Part shown: positions 29,790-38,726 of the stretch, piece after piece
How positions within the stretch are numbered: the stretch's first letter is position 1
Layout of the letters: every line of letters starts with the position of its first letter
Assembly (NCBI GenBank): GCA_965223415.1
Contig: OZ245002.1
Location: forward strand, 1,216,001-1,280,000
Origin: Myxococcota bacterium
Lineage (GTDB): Bacteria; Myxococcota_A; UBA9160; UBA6930
Length of the DNA: 64,000 bases
Direction: 5' to 3'
Made by a program: the position numbers and the translations under genes
Notes under the pieces: model-generated
The model's database searches: none
What the model was told of the DNA's origin: nothing
The model's input: the letters and a program-made list of their open reading frames with translations, nothing else

Positions 29790-30515
29790 CTAGCGGATGA
29801 TTCCGAAGTGGTTCTCGAAGTTCTGCTCATGGCCGAGCGCCTGGCTAACTTCCTTGCCGTTCGCGGAGAGGTCGAAATCCAAGTCCCCGTGCTTCGCAAG
29901 GAGCACCTCTCCATAGCTTCGAAGGCGGGCCTCGAGCCGCCCCTCAAGGTCTTCGGGCTCTTCAAGAGTCACCTTCACGGCGAGCGCCCCACCCGGCCGC
30001 TCGTAGACTGAAATCACGGGCGTTTCTCCGAGGTTCTCTCGGATGTTGGTCTCGATGTCGTGGGCGAGCTCTTTCACCTCCAGGAGCCGGCCGGAGGACT
30101 CGAGGAAGAAGCTCGTCTCGGCCCAGTGCTTGTGTTGATGGAGCTGGGCATCCTCCCTCCCTGCGAGGAGGAACTCGAACTCGAGCCGGTCGCCAGTGAG
30201 AAGTGTCAGATGCTCGTCGGCCTTTACGAGGACCTCACGAAGGGCCTCGGTATCCGCAACCCAGCGGGCGCTCTCGCGACCCTCGTAGACGCCTCGGGGG
30301 TTCACATCGACCGTCCACCGACCGTTATCTTCGGTGAGAAGAATCGCCGCCCTCCAGCCGAGCTCCTGTTCCGTGGTCTCTTCGACTGCGGTAAGGGCAT
30401 GGCGCAGTTCTTCGGGCATCTCCCCGGGAAAGCTCGGTTCCGAGCCAAACCACCTCTCGAGGTAGGTATCGAGGAGTTTCGAGAGAAACGGAAGCCGGTC
30501 GCGTTCGGCTTGCAT
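29790..30515 (-). CDS. Hypothetical acidic protein with apparent internal duplication
   Basis: AGGAG RBS; two similar E(L)G-x-hydrophobic strand units. Confidence 0.65.
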   Translation of the reverse strand: MQAERDRLPFLSKLLDTYLERWFGSEPSFPGEMPEELRHALTAVEETTEQELGWRAAILLTEDNGRWTVDVNPRGVYEGRESARWVADTEALREVLVKADEHLTLLTGDRLEFEFLLAGREDAQLHQHKHWAETSFFLESSGRLLEVKELAHDIETNIRENLGETPVISVYERPGGALAVKVTLEEPEDLEGRLEARLRSYGEVLLAKHGDLDFDLSANGKEVSQALGHEQNFENHFGIIR

Positions 30516-30527
30516 CGCGGGGTGCTC

Positions 30528-31346
30528 CTAGTAGAGGCAGGTTCGGGGAACGAACGTCTGGGCGTGGTCGCGGGCTGCTCGAAGGTCTCGGTCGAGCGTG
30601 CCGTTCCCGAAGAGCTCCGAATAGGCGCGCGTGGTGGCCTCGCTCGGCTTTTGGGCAAGCGCTTCGTTGAGTGTCTCCAAGCGTGTTTCGCCAAAGAACC
30701 CGGAACAGGTGGCTTTCGTGGAGCGGAGCCGTCGTCTAAGCGAGCGGGCTTGCTCCCGGTCGTGCCCCTTGACGATTGGAGCAAAGGGGAGCGGCACGGG
30801 CGCCTCTTTGGCTTGCGCCTCTTGCATGGCGCGCCGAATGGAGCGCCTGCGCGTTTCGGCGCGACGGTTTGCTTCCTCAAGCTCTCGCCATTCCTCTCGC
30901 TTCTTCTGGACGACCAGCGCCTCTTTCATCTTGTGGAGCTTCTCGAGGCAGATCGGGTCCCAGTGCCGTTCGCAGGAAGGCTCAATGCGGGCCCGGGCGT
31001 CCGATCGGGCCCGGGCAACCGCGTCTCGGAAGCCACGCCGGAAACGCGCCACCTTTTCTTGGTCGACCCCTTCGCCAATGGGAAGGAAAGGCGGAATGCC
31101 GACACCGCGCGCGATGTCACTGTCGGAAGGAATGGCGGAGAGCTCCAGACCGCCATAGCGGCGCTGCCCCTCGAGGTAACCGCCGCGATACCACTTGAGG
31201 AACGGGCCATCCGGGGCCCGCTGAACGTGAATGACATCGGGTCCGCTGGCACACGCGGTGACGAGCGCCAGAGCTAGGACGGCGACGACAGCACGTCGTT
31301 TCCGCGTCGCAGCTCCCAGGCGGCACGAGCGGTTTCGCCTTCGCAT
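30528..31346 (-). CDS. Putative lipoprotein with coiled coil
   Basis: Basic N-region, AVVAVLALALVTAC lipobox. Confidence 0.65.
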   Translation of the reverse strand: MRRRNRSCRLGAATRKRRAVVAVLALALVTACASGPDVIHVQRAPDGPFLKWYRGGYLEGQRRYGGLELSAIPSDSDIARGVGIPPFLPIGEGVDQEKVARFRRGFRDAVARARSDARARIEPSCERHWDPICLEKLHKMKEALVVQKKREEWRELEEANRRAETRRRSIRRAMQEAQAKEAPVPLPFAPIVKGHDREQARSLRRRLRSTKATCSGFFGETRLETLNEALAQKPSEATTRAYSELFGNGTLDRDLRAARDHAQTFVPRTCLY

Positions 31347-32137
31347 GTATCGCTCCCAGAGGCCTCGAGGGCTCGTTGGGTTTGGGCCCAGCTTCTGACG
31401 TACTTCGCCGGGTCCTGCTGGATTTCCACAGGGCAGTCGCCGCGCTCGGCGACCCGGGCGACAAAGGAGATGTTGAGATAAGGAGCCGCAACAGTCGGTG
31501 CCTCCTCCCGCGCGGCCTCACGGAACGCCTCCTCCTGCTCTGACGAGAGGAGTCCCCAGTACACGAACGGGCCTTCGCGATACTCAGTCACGACGTCTCT
31601 AGCCCGAACCTCCGTCGGGATGAGATACGAAAGCAGCGCTCCCCAGAGAGAGGCGTTCGAGAACGGCACCTCAACGCGCTCTGGGTAGCGGCCCATCTGG
31701 CGCGCGCAGGCCGCGATCGCCGCAAAGGCGGCCGTCTGGCCGCGCTTCGATGCATCGGGCATGCGGACAGTGAATCCGTGGGCGGAGACCGTGGCGGGCC
31801 GGTCATCACCTTGGAAGTCCACCTGCTCGTCCCCGCCTCCTGCCTCGGAGACGTACCGGGCGGCGCTGCCAGCGACGCGGTGCTCACTCCGGGCGGGACG
31901 TTTCGTGGTAGGTCTCTCCGGGGGCGCGGCAAAGCGGCGGACCAGGGCGAGCAGGCCAGCCACAAAGACGAATGACGCGACGAGCGCAGGAAGGTGCCAG
32001 AGCGGATTCAGTACCGAGAACTCCCCGGCAAAGAGCCGCGCCGCGTTCTCTCCCGGTCGAAGCGCGAGGAAGAGGTAGAGCGCGAGCCCGGAAAGCGACG
32101 CTGTCACCCAAAGGTGCGCGAAGAGCCAGTGAATCAT
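31274..32137 (-). CDS. Membrane protein downstream of the coupling protein
   Basis: ATG 32137 next to the T4CP stop; two N-terminal TM segments. Confidence 0.6.
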   Translation of the reverse strand: MIHWLFAHLWVTASLSGLALYLFLALRPGENAARLFAGEFSVLNPLWHLPALVASFVFVAGLLALVRRFAAPPERPTTKRPARSEHRVAGSAARYVSEAGGGDEQVDFQGDDRPATVSAHGFTVRMPDASKRGQTAAFAAIAACARQMGRYPERVEVPFSNASLWGALLSYLIPTEVRARDVVTEYREGPFVYWGLLSSEQEEAFREAAREEAPTVAAPYLNISFVARVAERGDCPVEIQQDPAKYVRSWAQTQRALEASGSDTCEGETARAAWELRRGNDVLSSPS

Positions 32138-32138
32138 G

Positions 32139-34472
32139 TCAGCTACTCCGTCGGAGGATTTCGTCGAGGATGTCCGGCTGCGTTGAGTGGCCTTCGCCGA
32201 AGAGCCGCCGCCGGTCTTCGTCGGTCCAGCCCCGCCACGGGTAGAGCCGCATGTCGAGGCGTTCTTCAACAGGTACGTCGGGAGGCATCGGTACGTCGTG
32301 CTCGTCGACCCAGTTGGCGTGGATGCGCGGAGCAAAGAGCAGCTCATCCCTGCGCACGAGGGCGACGAGGCCGTTGGTCGGGGAAGGCACGGGAATGCGA
32401 AGCGGAAGCGACGGGTCAACTAGCGGCTCGGAGTGTCGGTTCGTGGTACCGCCATGGTTCCACGTCTCGGACCAATTCCATTGGTCCACGTAGTAGCCGC
32501 CACCCGAGCTTCCACCTTCGTTCCACGAGAGGCCCTCCCGAACGTAGACCTGATTCCCGAACAGCCTGCTCACTTCCTGGGCGGTGTGTGCACAATCGAG
32601 GCGGGTTACGAGATGCCAGCGGTGGAGGCCAAGGAACGCCTCCGCTTTGTCGCGAGAGCCGAAGGCCACAGCCAGCGCCGGGAAATCCTGAGCGGCGCTC
32701 CAGACCGAGGTGTTGAGCTCTCGCCCTAGTGTCAGCAGGTCGTGGAGGGAGTCGAAGAACCCAGGGGGTGCCATCTGGAGCTCATCCACGAAAAAGAGAC
32801 TCTTCGGGAAGTCGACGGTCGTTTCCGTGGTTGAAAGCCGCGCGTTCTTCGCGAACGTGAGCATCAATGAGGCGGCAATGTCCATGCTCCCCTTGGAGGC
32901 GTCCATCGAGCGGCCGAGCACTACGGCGCGCTGCTTCGTCTCACGCCCTGCCCAGGCACGGAGCGAGAAACGGCGCCCAGCCTGGTAGTGCACCTCGGCT
33001 GCCTGGGCGTAGCTCTTCAAGCGGTCCAAATTGCTCGCGACCGTGGCACGCAAGTCGTTCCACCGATCTACTCGCGAGTTCTTGTTCTGCGTGAGCCAGT
33101 TGTCCACGAAGGCGCGACCGAACTCGGTAGCCACCAGCACCTTGTTGAAGCTCTGCTGTTCGGTGGCGCAGATGACATCCCGAAGCGAGAACTTGCCCCC
33201 CGAGAGCTCCATCACACCGAGGAGAACGGCCTTGGTTCCTTCGATTCCACCCCGCTCGAAGAAGTCCGCGTGGTGCTTCACGTCCTCTCCGGGAACCGTC
33301 TGACTGACGGCGATAGCGACAGCCTCAGCGTCCGCCTCCGAGAGAACATCGGAGGCGAGGTCCCACGAACTTGCTCGCGCGTCCAGGGGGAAGAGCGTGA
33401 CTATCTCATGGGCCGGAAGCAGAGAGTGGAGCCGAGCGTACGCACGCCTCTTAGGGTCGTAGAACATCGAGTACACACCCGGATGCGACGCGACACCCTT
33501 CGCGAGCGCCCACATCAACCTGGTCTTCCCACTGTCGGGCGCGCCGAGCAGGAGCCCGCCTCCCGCAATCAACGCACTCGGCGGCCAACGGAAACCCGCG
33601 ATGTTCACCCGCGGCTGCGGAGGCGCGTCACGAGGCTCCGAGGCCCAGTAGCCTGCGAGGTCCCGCCAGAGCGCGGGAATCGAAGTGAAGTAGGAACCCG
33701 CGATGTACCACGAGCATTCCTCGAGGTCGCACGGCATGCGGGCTTCCTGCCACTGGATGTGGGGGCACTCAGGAAGCCGTCCCTTGTCTCCCTCCGGAAA
33801 GAAGAGCGCGCGCCTTTCGAGAATCCACGAGTGGAACATCCAAACGGCGGAAACCACGAGCGGGAAGACGAGAAGCACCGGAGCGCCCGCTGCGCTCGAG
33901 AGCGCAGCGCCTGTAGCGGCGAGGGAAGCACCGCGAGGAAGGCGTCGGGGAAGACTGAACCAGACGACGATTCCACAGAGCGCCACAACGAGGGACTCGA
34001 AGATGAAGCTATGGACGCCGGTGGTCGCGTGCTCTTCGAACACCTCAAAGAGCAACGAAAGAGGGATGGAGAGAGCAAAGAGAGCCAGAAACGAAAAAGC
34101 CCCACGCACCACCCAGCGAGCGGAATCCTCCACCCAGTAGCGGTGATGGCGAGCGGTCCGGATTTCGTCCTGGAGCACATTGATTCGGCGCGTGAGGCGT
34201 GCGGGCTCGGCCGTCGGGTTCTCGAGCCAGGAGAGAAGCTCCGCTTCCGGCCGACGGTGCCACCGGAGAAGCTCCGAAGCGAGCGCTTCGATGATGGGCT
34301 TTGCTTCCGCCGCGTCGACGAAGAAGCCCGAGAGCTTCGCATCCTGGAGCGCCGCGTACGGCTCAAGGGGAATCCCGGTCTGCTCCGGGGAGTCCTTCAT
34401 GCGGACACCCACGCGCCCTTCCCAAGGGCGCTTGTAGATCCGCATTCCAGCGGCATCGAAGACCTCGCTCAT
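32139..34472 (-). CDS. Type IV coupling protein (TrwB/TraD-like)
   Basis: N-terminal TMs, Walker A GAPDSGKT, FYDPK, PLDARASSWD, Walker B FFVDEL, AAQDFPAL. Confidence 0.88.
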   Translation of the reverse strand: MSEVFDAAGMRIYKRPWEGRVGVRMKDSPEQTGIPLEPYAALQDAKLSGFFVDAAEAKPIIEALASELLRWHRRPEAELLSWLENPTAEPARLTRRINVLQDEIRTARHHRYWVEDSARWVVRGAFSFLALFALSIPLSLLFEVFEEHATTGVHSFIFESLVVALCGIVVWFSLPRRLPRGASLAATGAALSSAAGAPVLLVFPLVVSAVWMFHSWILERRALFFPEGDKGRLPECPHIQWQEARMPCDLEECSWYIAGSYFTSIPALWRDLAGYWASEPRDAPPQPRVNIAGFRWPPSALIAGGGLLLGAPDSGKTRLMWALAKGVASHPGVYSMFYDPKRRAYARLHSLLPAHEIVTLFPLDARASSWDLASDVLSEADAEAVAIAVSQTVPGEDVKHHADFFERGGIEGTKAVLLGVMELSGGKFSLRDVICATEQQSFNKVLVATEFGRAFVDNWLTQNKNSRVDRWNDLRATVASNLDRLKSYAQAAEVHYQAGRRFSLRAWAGRETKQRAVVLGRSMDASKGSMDIAASLMLTFAKNARLSTTETTVDFPKSLFFVDELQMAPPGFFDSLHDLLTLGRELNTSVWSAAQDFPALAVAFGSRDKAEAFLGLHRWHLVTRLDCAHTAQEVSRLFGNQVYVREGLSWNEGGSSGGGYYVDQWNWSETWNHGGTTNRHSEPLVDPSLPLRIPVPSPTNGLVALVRRDELLFAPRIHANWVDEHDVPMPPDVPVEERLDMRLYPWRGWTDEDRRRLFGEGHSTQPDILDEILRRSS

Positions 34473-36484
34473 CGGTTCTTCTCCAGGTCGAGCGCGTCTC
34501 GCTTCGGAAGGAGTGAGGGTCCCGGGGTCTTCTTCTCGCGCTCGGGTGTTCGCTCTAGCGACTCAAGGCGAACGGTTCTCTCGTCTCGGGCAAGGCCCGA
34601 AAACACGCTCTCGCGAAGCCTCGAGTCACCAAAGAGAAAAACCGATGCACCTCGCTCCGCCGCTTCTCGAAGGGTTGGAGCGAGGGTCTCCGGAAAGCAC
34701 CGCTCAGCTCCGGAGACGAGCACCGCTACGCCCTGAAGGGGCCGCCTTGCAGAGCGCGATAGGTCGAGCGGCGCTCGGTCACGCTGCCAAGCGTTGAATC
34801 GCGCCTTTCGTGCGGTCATGCCCGGAAGACCCAGAAGGGCACCGATGCGGTCCTGGATGGCGTCGGTCCGCGGAGTGACGAAGGGAGCACCCTTCGGATG
34901 GAGCCAACTGGGCCGGGCTCGGTTCCACTCGAGCGCGGCCTTGGCGGCCGTCACCACCGGGACCTTGAGCTCACGGCGTAGCCGGTCGCGCTCCTTTCGC
35001 GTGGCGGTGATGACCACCACCTTGTTGCCCGAACGCTCGAGCGTCTCCTTTGCGGCCCGAAGCACCTGGTCACGCTCCTTGGAGGCCGGAGCATCGAGCG
35101 CCGCGAATCCCTTCTCTTCACGAAAGAGGCCAAGGACGGCTCGAGAAACCGCGGGGTCTTTGACGCCGCGAAGACCCCGCTCGAGCGCGCGGCAGTGAAC
35201 AGGCTTTGCGTTCCGCTCGCGAAGCGCTTCGACGAATCGGGGAATCTCAAGCCGGGCCTTCTCGCGCTTCTTCCGGTCGAAGTAGAGCGTGGTTCCCTTG
35301 GGGGTCTCGGCGATGTATCGGCCCGAGGCGAGGAGCTGTCGGGTCCCGTAGAGAACCGCATCAGCGCCGAGCCGTGCAGGCGAACGCTTGGCCATCGTCT
35401 CGACGACGTCGCGCTCGGAAACGGGTGCCGAGCGCTTTGAAAGCTCGTCGACGGTTTCCGTCCTCGCGCGCTCGAGTCTCGAGGAGAGGGGCTCCACGTC
35501 ACGGCCCTTTTCCATCGCCTGCTCGCGGAGCTTCTCAATCGAGTGGCCGAGATCCCGTACCTGGTCCTGCCACTTCTCGATGGCGTCACCGAGGGTGAGG
35601 CCCTTGGTCACGTCTTTCGGGGGTCGGTCGACCGACTGGGCGATGAACCGCTTTTCTGCGTAGCTCGTCTGGCCGCGCACTTCCGCGATTCGGTTCACAT
35701 CCCGGCTTCGAGTCGAGAATTCATCCCGAATCTTGTCAAAGGCCGGGTTGCGCCAGCGGCCATCGTCAGAGCGAACAACCTCAAAGCCGAGCCGCTCCGC
35801 CAAGGCTGCGCACTCGGCAGAAAAGAGGGCTCGGGCGGCCGCGTGGTTTCGGTACATCTCGACAGCGTGAAGCGAGCCCGTGGAGCCATCTGGTCGAACA
35901 ACGCTACCCATCGCCAGGAAGTGGAGTCCGATGAGCGGGTCTCCGGCGCGGGAAAAGACGTCGAACGTGGCGGCGAAGGCGACCGAAGCGGGAACGACCC
36001 GCATCTCGCCGTCAATCTGTTGGCGGCTCTGGGCGAACTGCCCGAGGTACCCCGCGAACTTGCGACCGGCCGCCCAGACCCCTTCAACGAGCTCGGGAGC
36101 CTTCTCTGGAGCAACCACGAGAATGGCCGAAAGGTCCTTTTCGGTATCGGCGTGGAAGTCGTGCGCGCTCTGGCGCCATCCGCGACCGTCAGAGACCTTC
36201 CCAGCGTTTTGCGCTAGCGGCGTGGTCCCGTCTCGCGGGTCGAATCCGTCTAGCCAACGGCCGAGCTCCAGGTGGCGGACCCCCTGGCCATGGAGCCCGT
36301 AGACCTTCGAAGCCTCCCCGAACCAGCCCGTCGTCAGTGGTTCGGTCCGCTCGAGAAGGGGAACTTCTTCCTTCTCGACGTCGGGGCCGAGCTGGTAGTC
36401 GACCTGCGGGTTTCGCTCCGGTTCTTCACCGAGCCAGTAGCTGGGGTTCTGCCGGCCGGAGGCGGAGATCTTCTGGGGCGGCAC
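34469..36484 (-). CDS. MOBF (TrwC-like) relaxase with degenerate His triad and degenerate helicase region
   Basis: SYW/DYQ tyrosines, WFGEASKVYGL, SRAGDP, EFSTRS, RPPK; HxH replaced by GLH. Confidence 0.8.
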   Translation of the reverse strand: MPPQKISASGRQNPSYWLGEEPERNPQVDYQLGPDVEKEEVPLLERTEPLTTGWFGEASKVYGLHGQGVRHLELGRWLDGFDPRDGTTPLAQNAGKVSDGRGWRQSAHDFHADTEKDLSAILVVAPEKAPELVEGVWAAGRKFAGYLGQFAQSRQQIDGEMRVVPASVAFAATFDVFSRAGDPLIGLHFLAMGSVVRPDGSTGSLHAVEMYRNHAAARALFSAECAALAERLGFEVVRSDDGRWRNPAFDKIRDEFSTRSRDVNRIAEVRGQTSYAEKRFIAQSVDRPPKDVTKGLTLGDAIEKWQDQVRDLGHSIEKLREQAMEKGRDVEPLSSRLERARTETVDELSKRSAPVSERDVVETMAKRSPARLGADAVLYGTRQLLASGRYIAETPKGTTLYFDRKKREKARLEIPRFVEALRERNAKPVHCRALERGLRGVKDPAVSRAVLGLFREEKGFAALDAPASKERDQVLRAAKETLERSGNKVVVITATRKERDRLRRELKVPVVTAAKAALEWNRARPSWLHPKGAPFVTPRTDAIQDRIGALLGLPGMTARKARFNAWQRDRAPLDLSRSARRPLQGVAVLVSGAERCFPETLAPTLREAAERGASVFLFGDSRLRESVFSGLARDERTVRLESLERTPEREKKTPGPSLLPKRDALDLEKNR

Positions 36485-36864
36485 TACTTCCCCCGCCTCT
36501 TTCGACGAAGCGTCTCCATCACGAAGGGTTTCACCTTGGCCTTAGGCCAGGCAGGCGCAGGCTCAGTTGCAAGACGTTCCATCAAGGCCTCCGCGACGTC
36601 TGCCATCCCGGCCTGAAACCGTGCGAGGTCCCGGTCGCCCATCTCCACGACGCTGGAGAGACGTGCGAGCTCCTTCGCGACGGCTTCCAGAGCCTCGAGG
36701 ACGACCAGGGGAGCCTCAGGTCCGGAAGGACCACCTTCGAGGGCTTCAGCCAGAAGCCTCGTAGCAAGAGAAGCGCGAGTCGTACCGAGCCTCTCCGCCT
36801 CCGCGCGAAGAGCCTGGTCGAGCCCCTCCGGGACAGTGACCGAGAAGCGAACAGCGCCACTCAC
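36484..36864 (-). CDS. RHH relaxosome accessory protein (TrwA-like)
   Basis: VRFSVTVPEGLDQALRAEAERLGTTRASLATRLL; GTGA overlap with the upstream gene. Confidence 0.65.
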   Translation of the reverse strand: MSGAVRFSVTVPEGLDQALRAEAERLGTTRASLATRLLAEALEGGPSGPEAPLVVLEALEAVAKELARLSSVVEMGDRDLARFQAGMADVAEALMERLATEPAPAWPKAKVKPFVMETLRRKRRGK

Positions 36865-37370
36865 CTCGAGCGCTCCAGAGCAGGTGCGCGGAAGCAGAGA
36901 CCAGGCGAACAAAGGACGCAAGAGGCCGACGAACCGGAGACCGAACAACAAACCGGATGCAGCTCGCGCTGCGAAAGGGAATCACTGCCGAAACGCCGCC
37001 TAGCGCCCGCCCGAAGGGGTCTATTGTTGAGGTGATTCAGGTGAGCATCCGGACATGAATCGCGAGGAATCACCTCATCGGGGTTTGAGTCCATGTGGCG
37101 ATGCTCGTCGTGGTGGTGCAGCACCAGGTCGTAGAGAAGCGCCACGGTGGCGAGCTCCGCGACGTTCGGCGCGCGGTGGGTTGGCGCTCGCGGGACCGGG
37201 TCGCCCGTAGACGTGGGCACAAGGACGCCTAGGCCAAGCACGGCGACCAAGGTGCGGAAGGTGAGCTTCGAGACGCGGGAGCCGACATCCACAGCTGTAG
37301 CCGCATCGTCTGCAGCACGAATGACCTCGCCTGCGCGACCGAACCGAAAGAGCTCTCGAAGGCGCTGCAC
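36861..37370 (-). CDS. Hypothetical protein with hydrophobic segment
   Basis: Translationally coupled on both sides. Confidence 0.45.
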   Translation of the reverse strand: MQRLRELFRFGRAGEVIRAADDAATAVDVGSRVSKLTFRTLVAVLGLGVLVPTSTGDPVPRAPTHRAPNVAELATVALLYDLVLHHHDEHRHMDSNPDEVIPRDSCPDAHLNHLNNRPLRAGARRRFGSDSLSQRELHPVCCSVSGSSASCVLCSPGLCFRAPALERSR

Positions 37371-37603
37371 TAGTGGTCCCCCCGCTCGCGGTGAAGCTCT
37401 TCAGCGATGAGGTCGGAGAGGATTCGTCCTGCATCTGAGAGATTCCGAGCGAGTTCGTTCCTTCCCTCTCGGGCAAGCTCAGCAGAAACGCGGTAGCTCG
37501 CGCTCCTTGCGGCACGGAGCCTCAGGAGGCGCACCCTCTCACGAGGCAGTGCTTCCGCGAGCGAGGTCTTCGGAGGCGAGTAGCGGCGATAGCGGTGGGT
37601 CAT
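37370..37603 (-). CDS. Small hypothetical protein
   Basis: Coupled ORF in the operon. Confidence 0.45.
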   Translation of the reverse strand: MTHRYRRYSPPKTSLAEALPRERVRLLRLRAARSASYRVSAELAREGRNELARNLSDAGRILSDLIAEELHRERGDH

Positions 37604-37820
37604 GACAGGGAATCCGGCCCGCCGGGGACCTCATGCTGGGGCTCGACGAGACCTCCACGAAAGCGCTTGGTGCGGCTGGGAACGAGAGACTGCGGGCTAG
37701 CGACCACCCGCTGGAGATTCATGAGCTCGTGCGGGGTCTCGTGGAGGTTCACTTCGAGGGTCGCGACGCGCGCTAGCAGCATCCCGGCGAGTTCCCCTTC
37801 CAGGTCGTCGTCTTGGGCGG

Positions 37821-38165
37821 TCACTCCGGTAGTTCCCATCTTTCGGGGTCGTCGGTTCCAGCGAGCAAACCGCGGCTCGCCGTCTCGAGACCCTCGGCCG
37901 TCTCGATTCGGAACTGCAGGTCACACACTCGATGAAGCAGCGCATTCGACTGGCGATACACCTCGTCGAGCTCGTGGCTCCAGTACTGCACTGCAGACGG
38001 AGCCAGAGGAGAGAGCTTCTCGAGGGTTTCGACGCTGCGGCGCAAGAGCAGACGGGTCGTGCGAAGTGTGTCTCGGGTGAGGTCAGACCTCACGCGGACG
38101 TCATTGAGCGGGTCCGGCAGTGGGAGCCGAAGGAGTTGGCGCTTGTCGGTGCGTGACTTGGGCAT
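37821..38165 (-). CDS. Hypothetical coiled-coil protein
   Basis: GAGGAG RBS, helical composition. Confidence 0.55.
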   Translation of the reverse strand: MPKSRTDKRQLLRLPLPDPLNDVRVRSDLTRDTLRTTRLLLRRSVETLEKLSPLAPSAVQYWSHELDEVYRQSNALLHRVCDLQFRIETAEGLETASRGLLAGTDDPERWELPE

Positions 38166-38192
38166 GGGTAGTCTCCTCGTGTCTGGGATGGG

Positions 38193-38441
38193 TCACTTCT
38201 TCGCGACGACGCTTACGAGCGCGCGGAGACGCCGTTCAAGGTCGTCGAATCGAGCATCAATGAGCGCGGCCAGCTCGCTGTTCGTGGGGTGATCGTCGAG
38301 CACGGCAGCAGCGCCGATCTCGAGCACCTGGCGAGCAGCAACAGCCACGGGCTTGTCTTCGTGGATGGCGACCTTCTCGATCACCTGAAGGGTTCGGGCG
38401 TCGACGCGGAGCGACAGCTGGACGCGACGGACGCGGCTCAT
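38193..38441 (-). CDS. RHH-like DNA-binding protein heading the mobilization operon
   Basis: VQLSLRVDARTLQVIEKVA...VAVAARQVLEIG. Confidence 0.6.
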   Translation of the reverse strand: MSRVRRVQLSLRVDARTLQVIEKVAIHEDKPVAVAARQVLEIGAAAVLDDHPTNSELAALIDARFDDLERRLRALVSVVAKK

Positions 38442-38726
38442 CGAGCACCCCGCGGGCGGTCGACGGCACAGCAGACGTCCGGAAGCACGGGGTCGAACTC
38501 GCCGGAATCGAGCGACCAAGGCGGACCGACGGGGCCGTGGATAGTTGAACCGGACGGTCTAGTACTCGGGGGCTTGGGCAAGTCGAACACCGACGCCGGC
38601 ATGGGTAGCCGGGCATCCTTGTGCTCGCCTCCGAAGTGCCCAAGCGCCGCGCTCGGTTTCCGGTCTGGCGGCCGAGCAGAAAAAATGCCTCAAGCGCGGA
38701 GGCTCGTCAAGCGGCGCCGCCGAAGC

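Noticed and set aside
28803..34736. Long plus-strand ORFs (28803-30011, 30060-31277, 32988-34736)
   Set aside because: Antisense shadows of the coupled minus-strand operon
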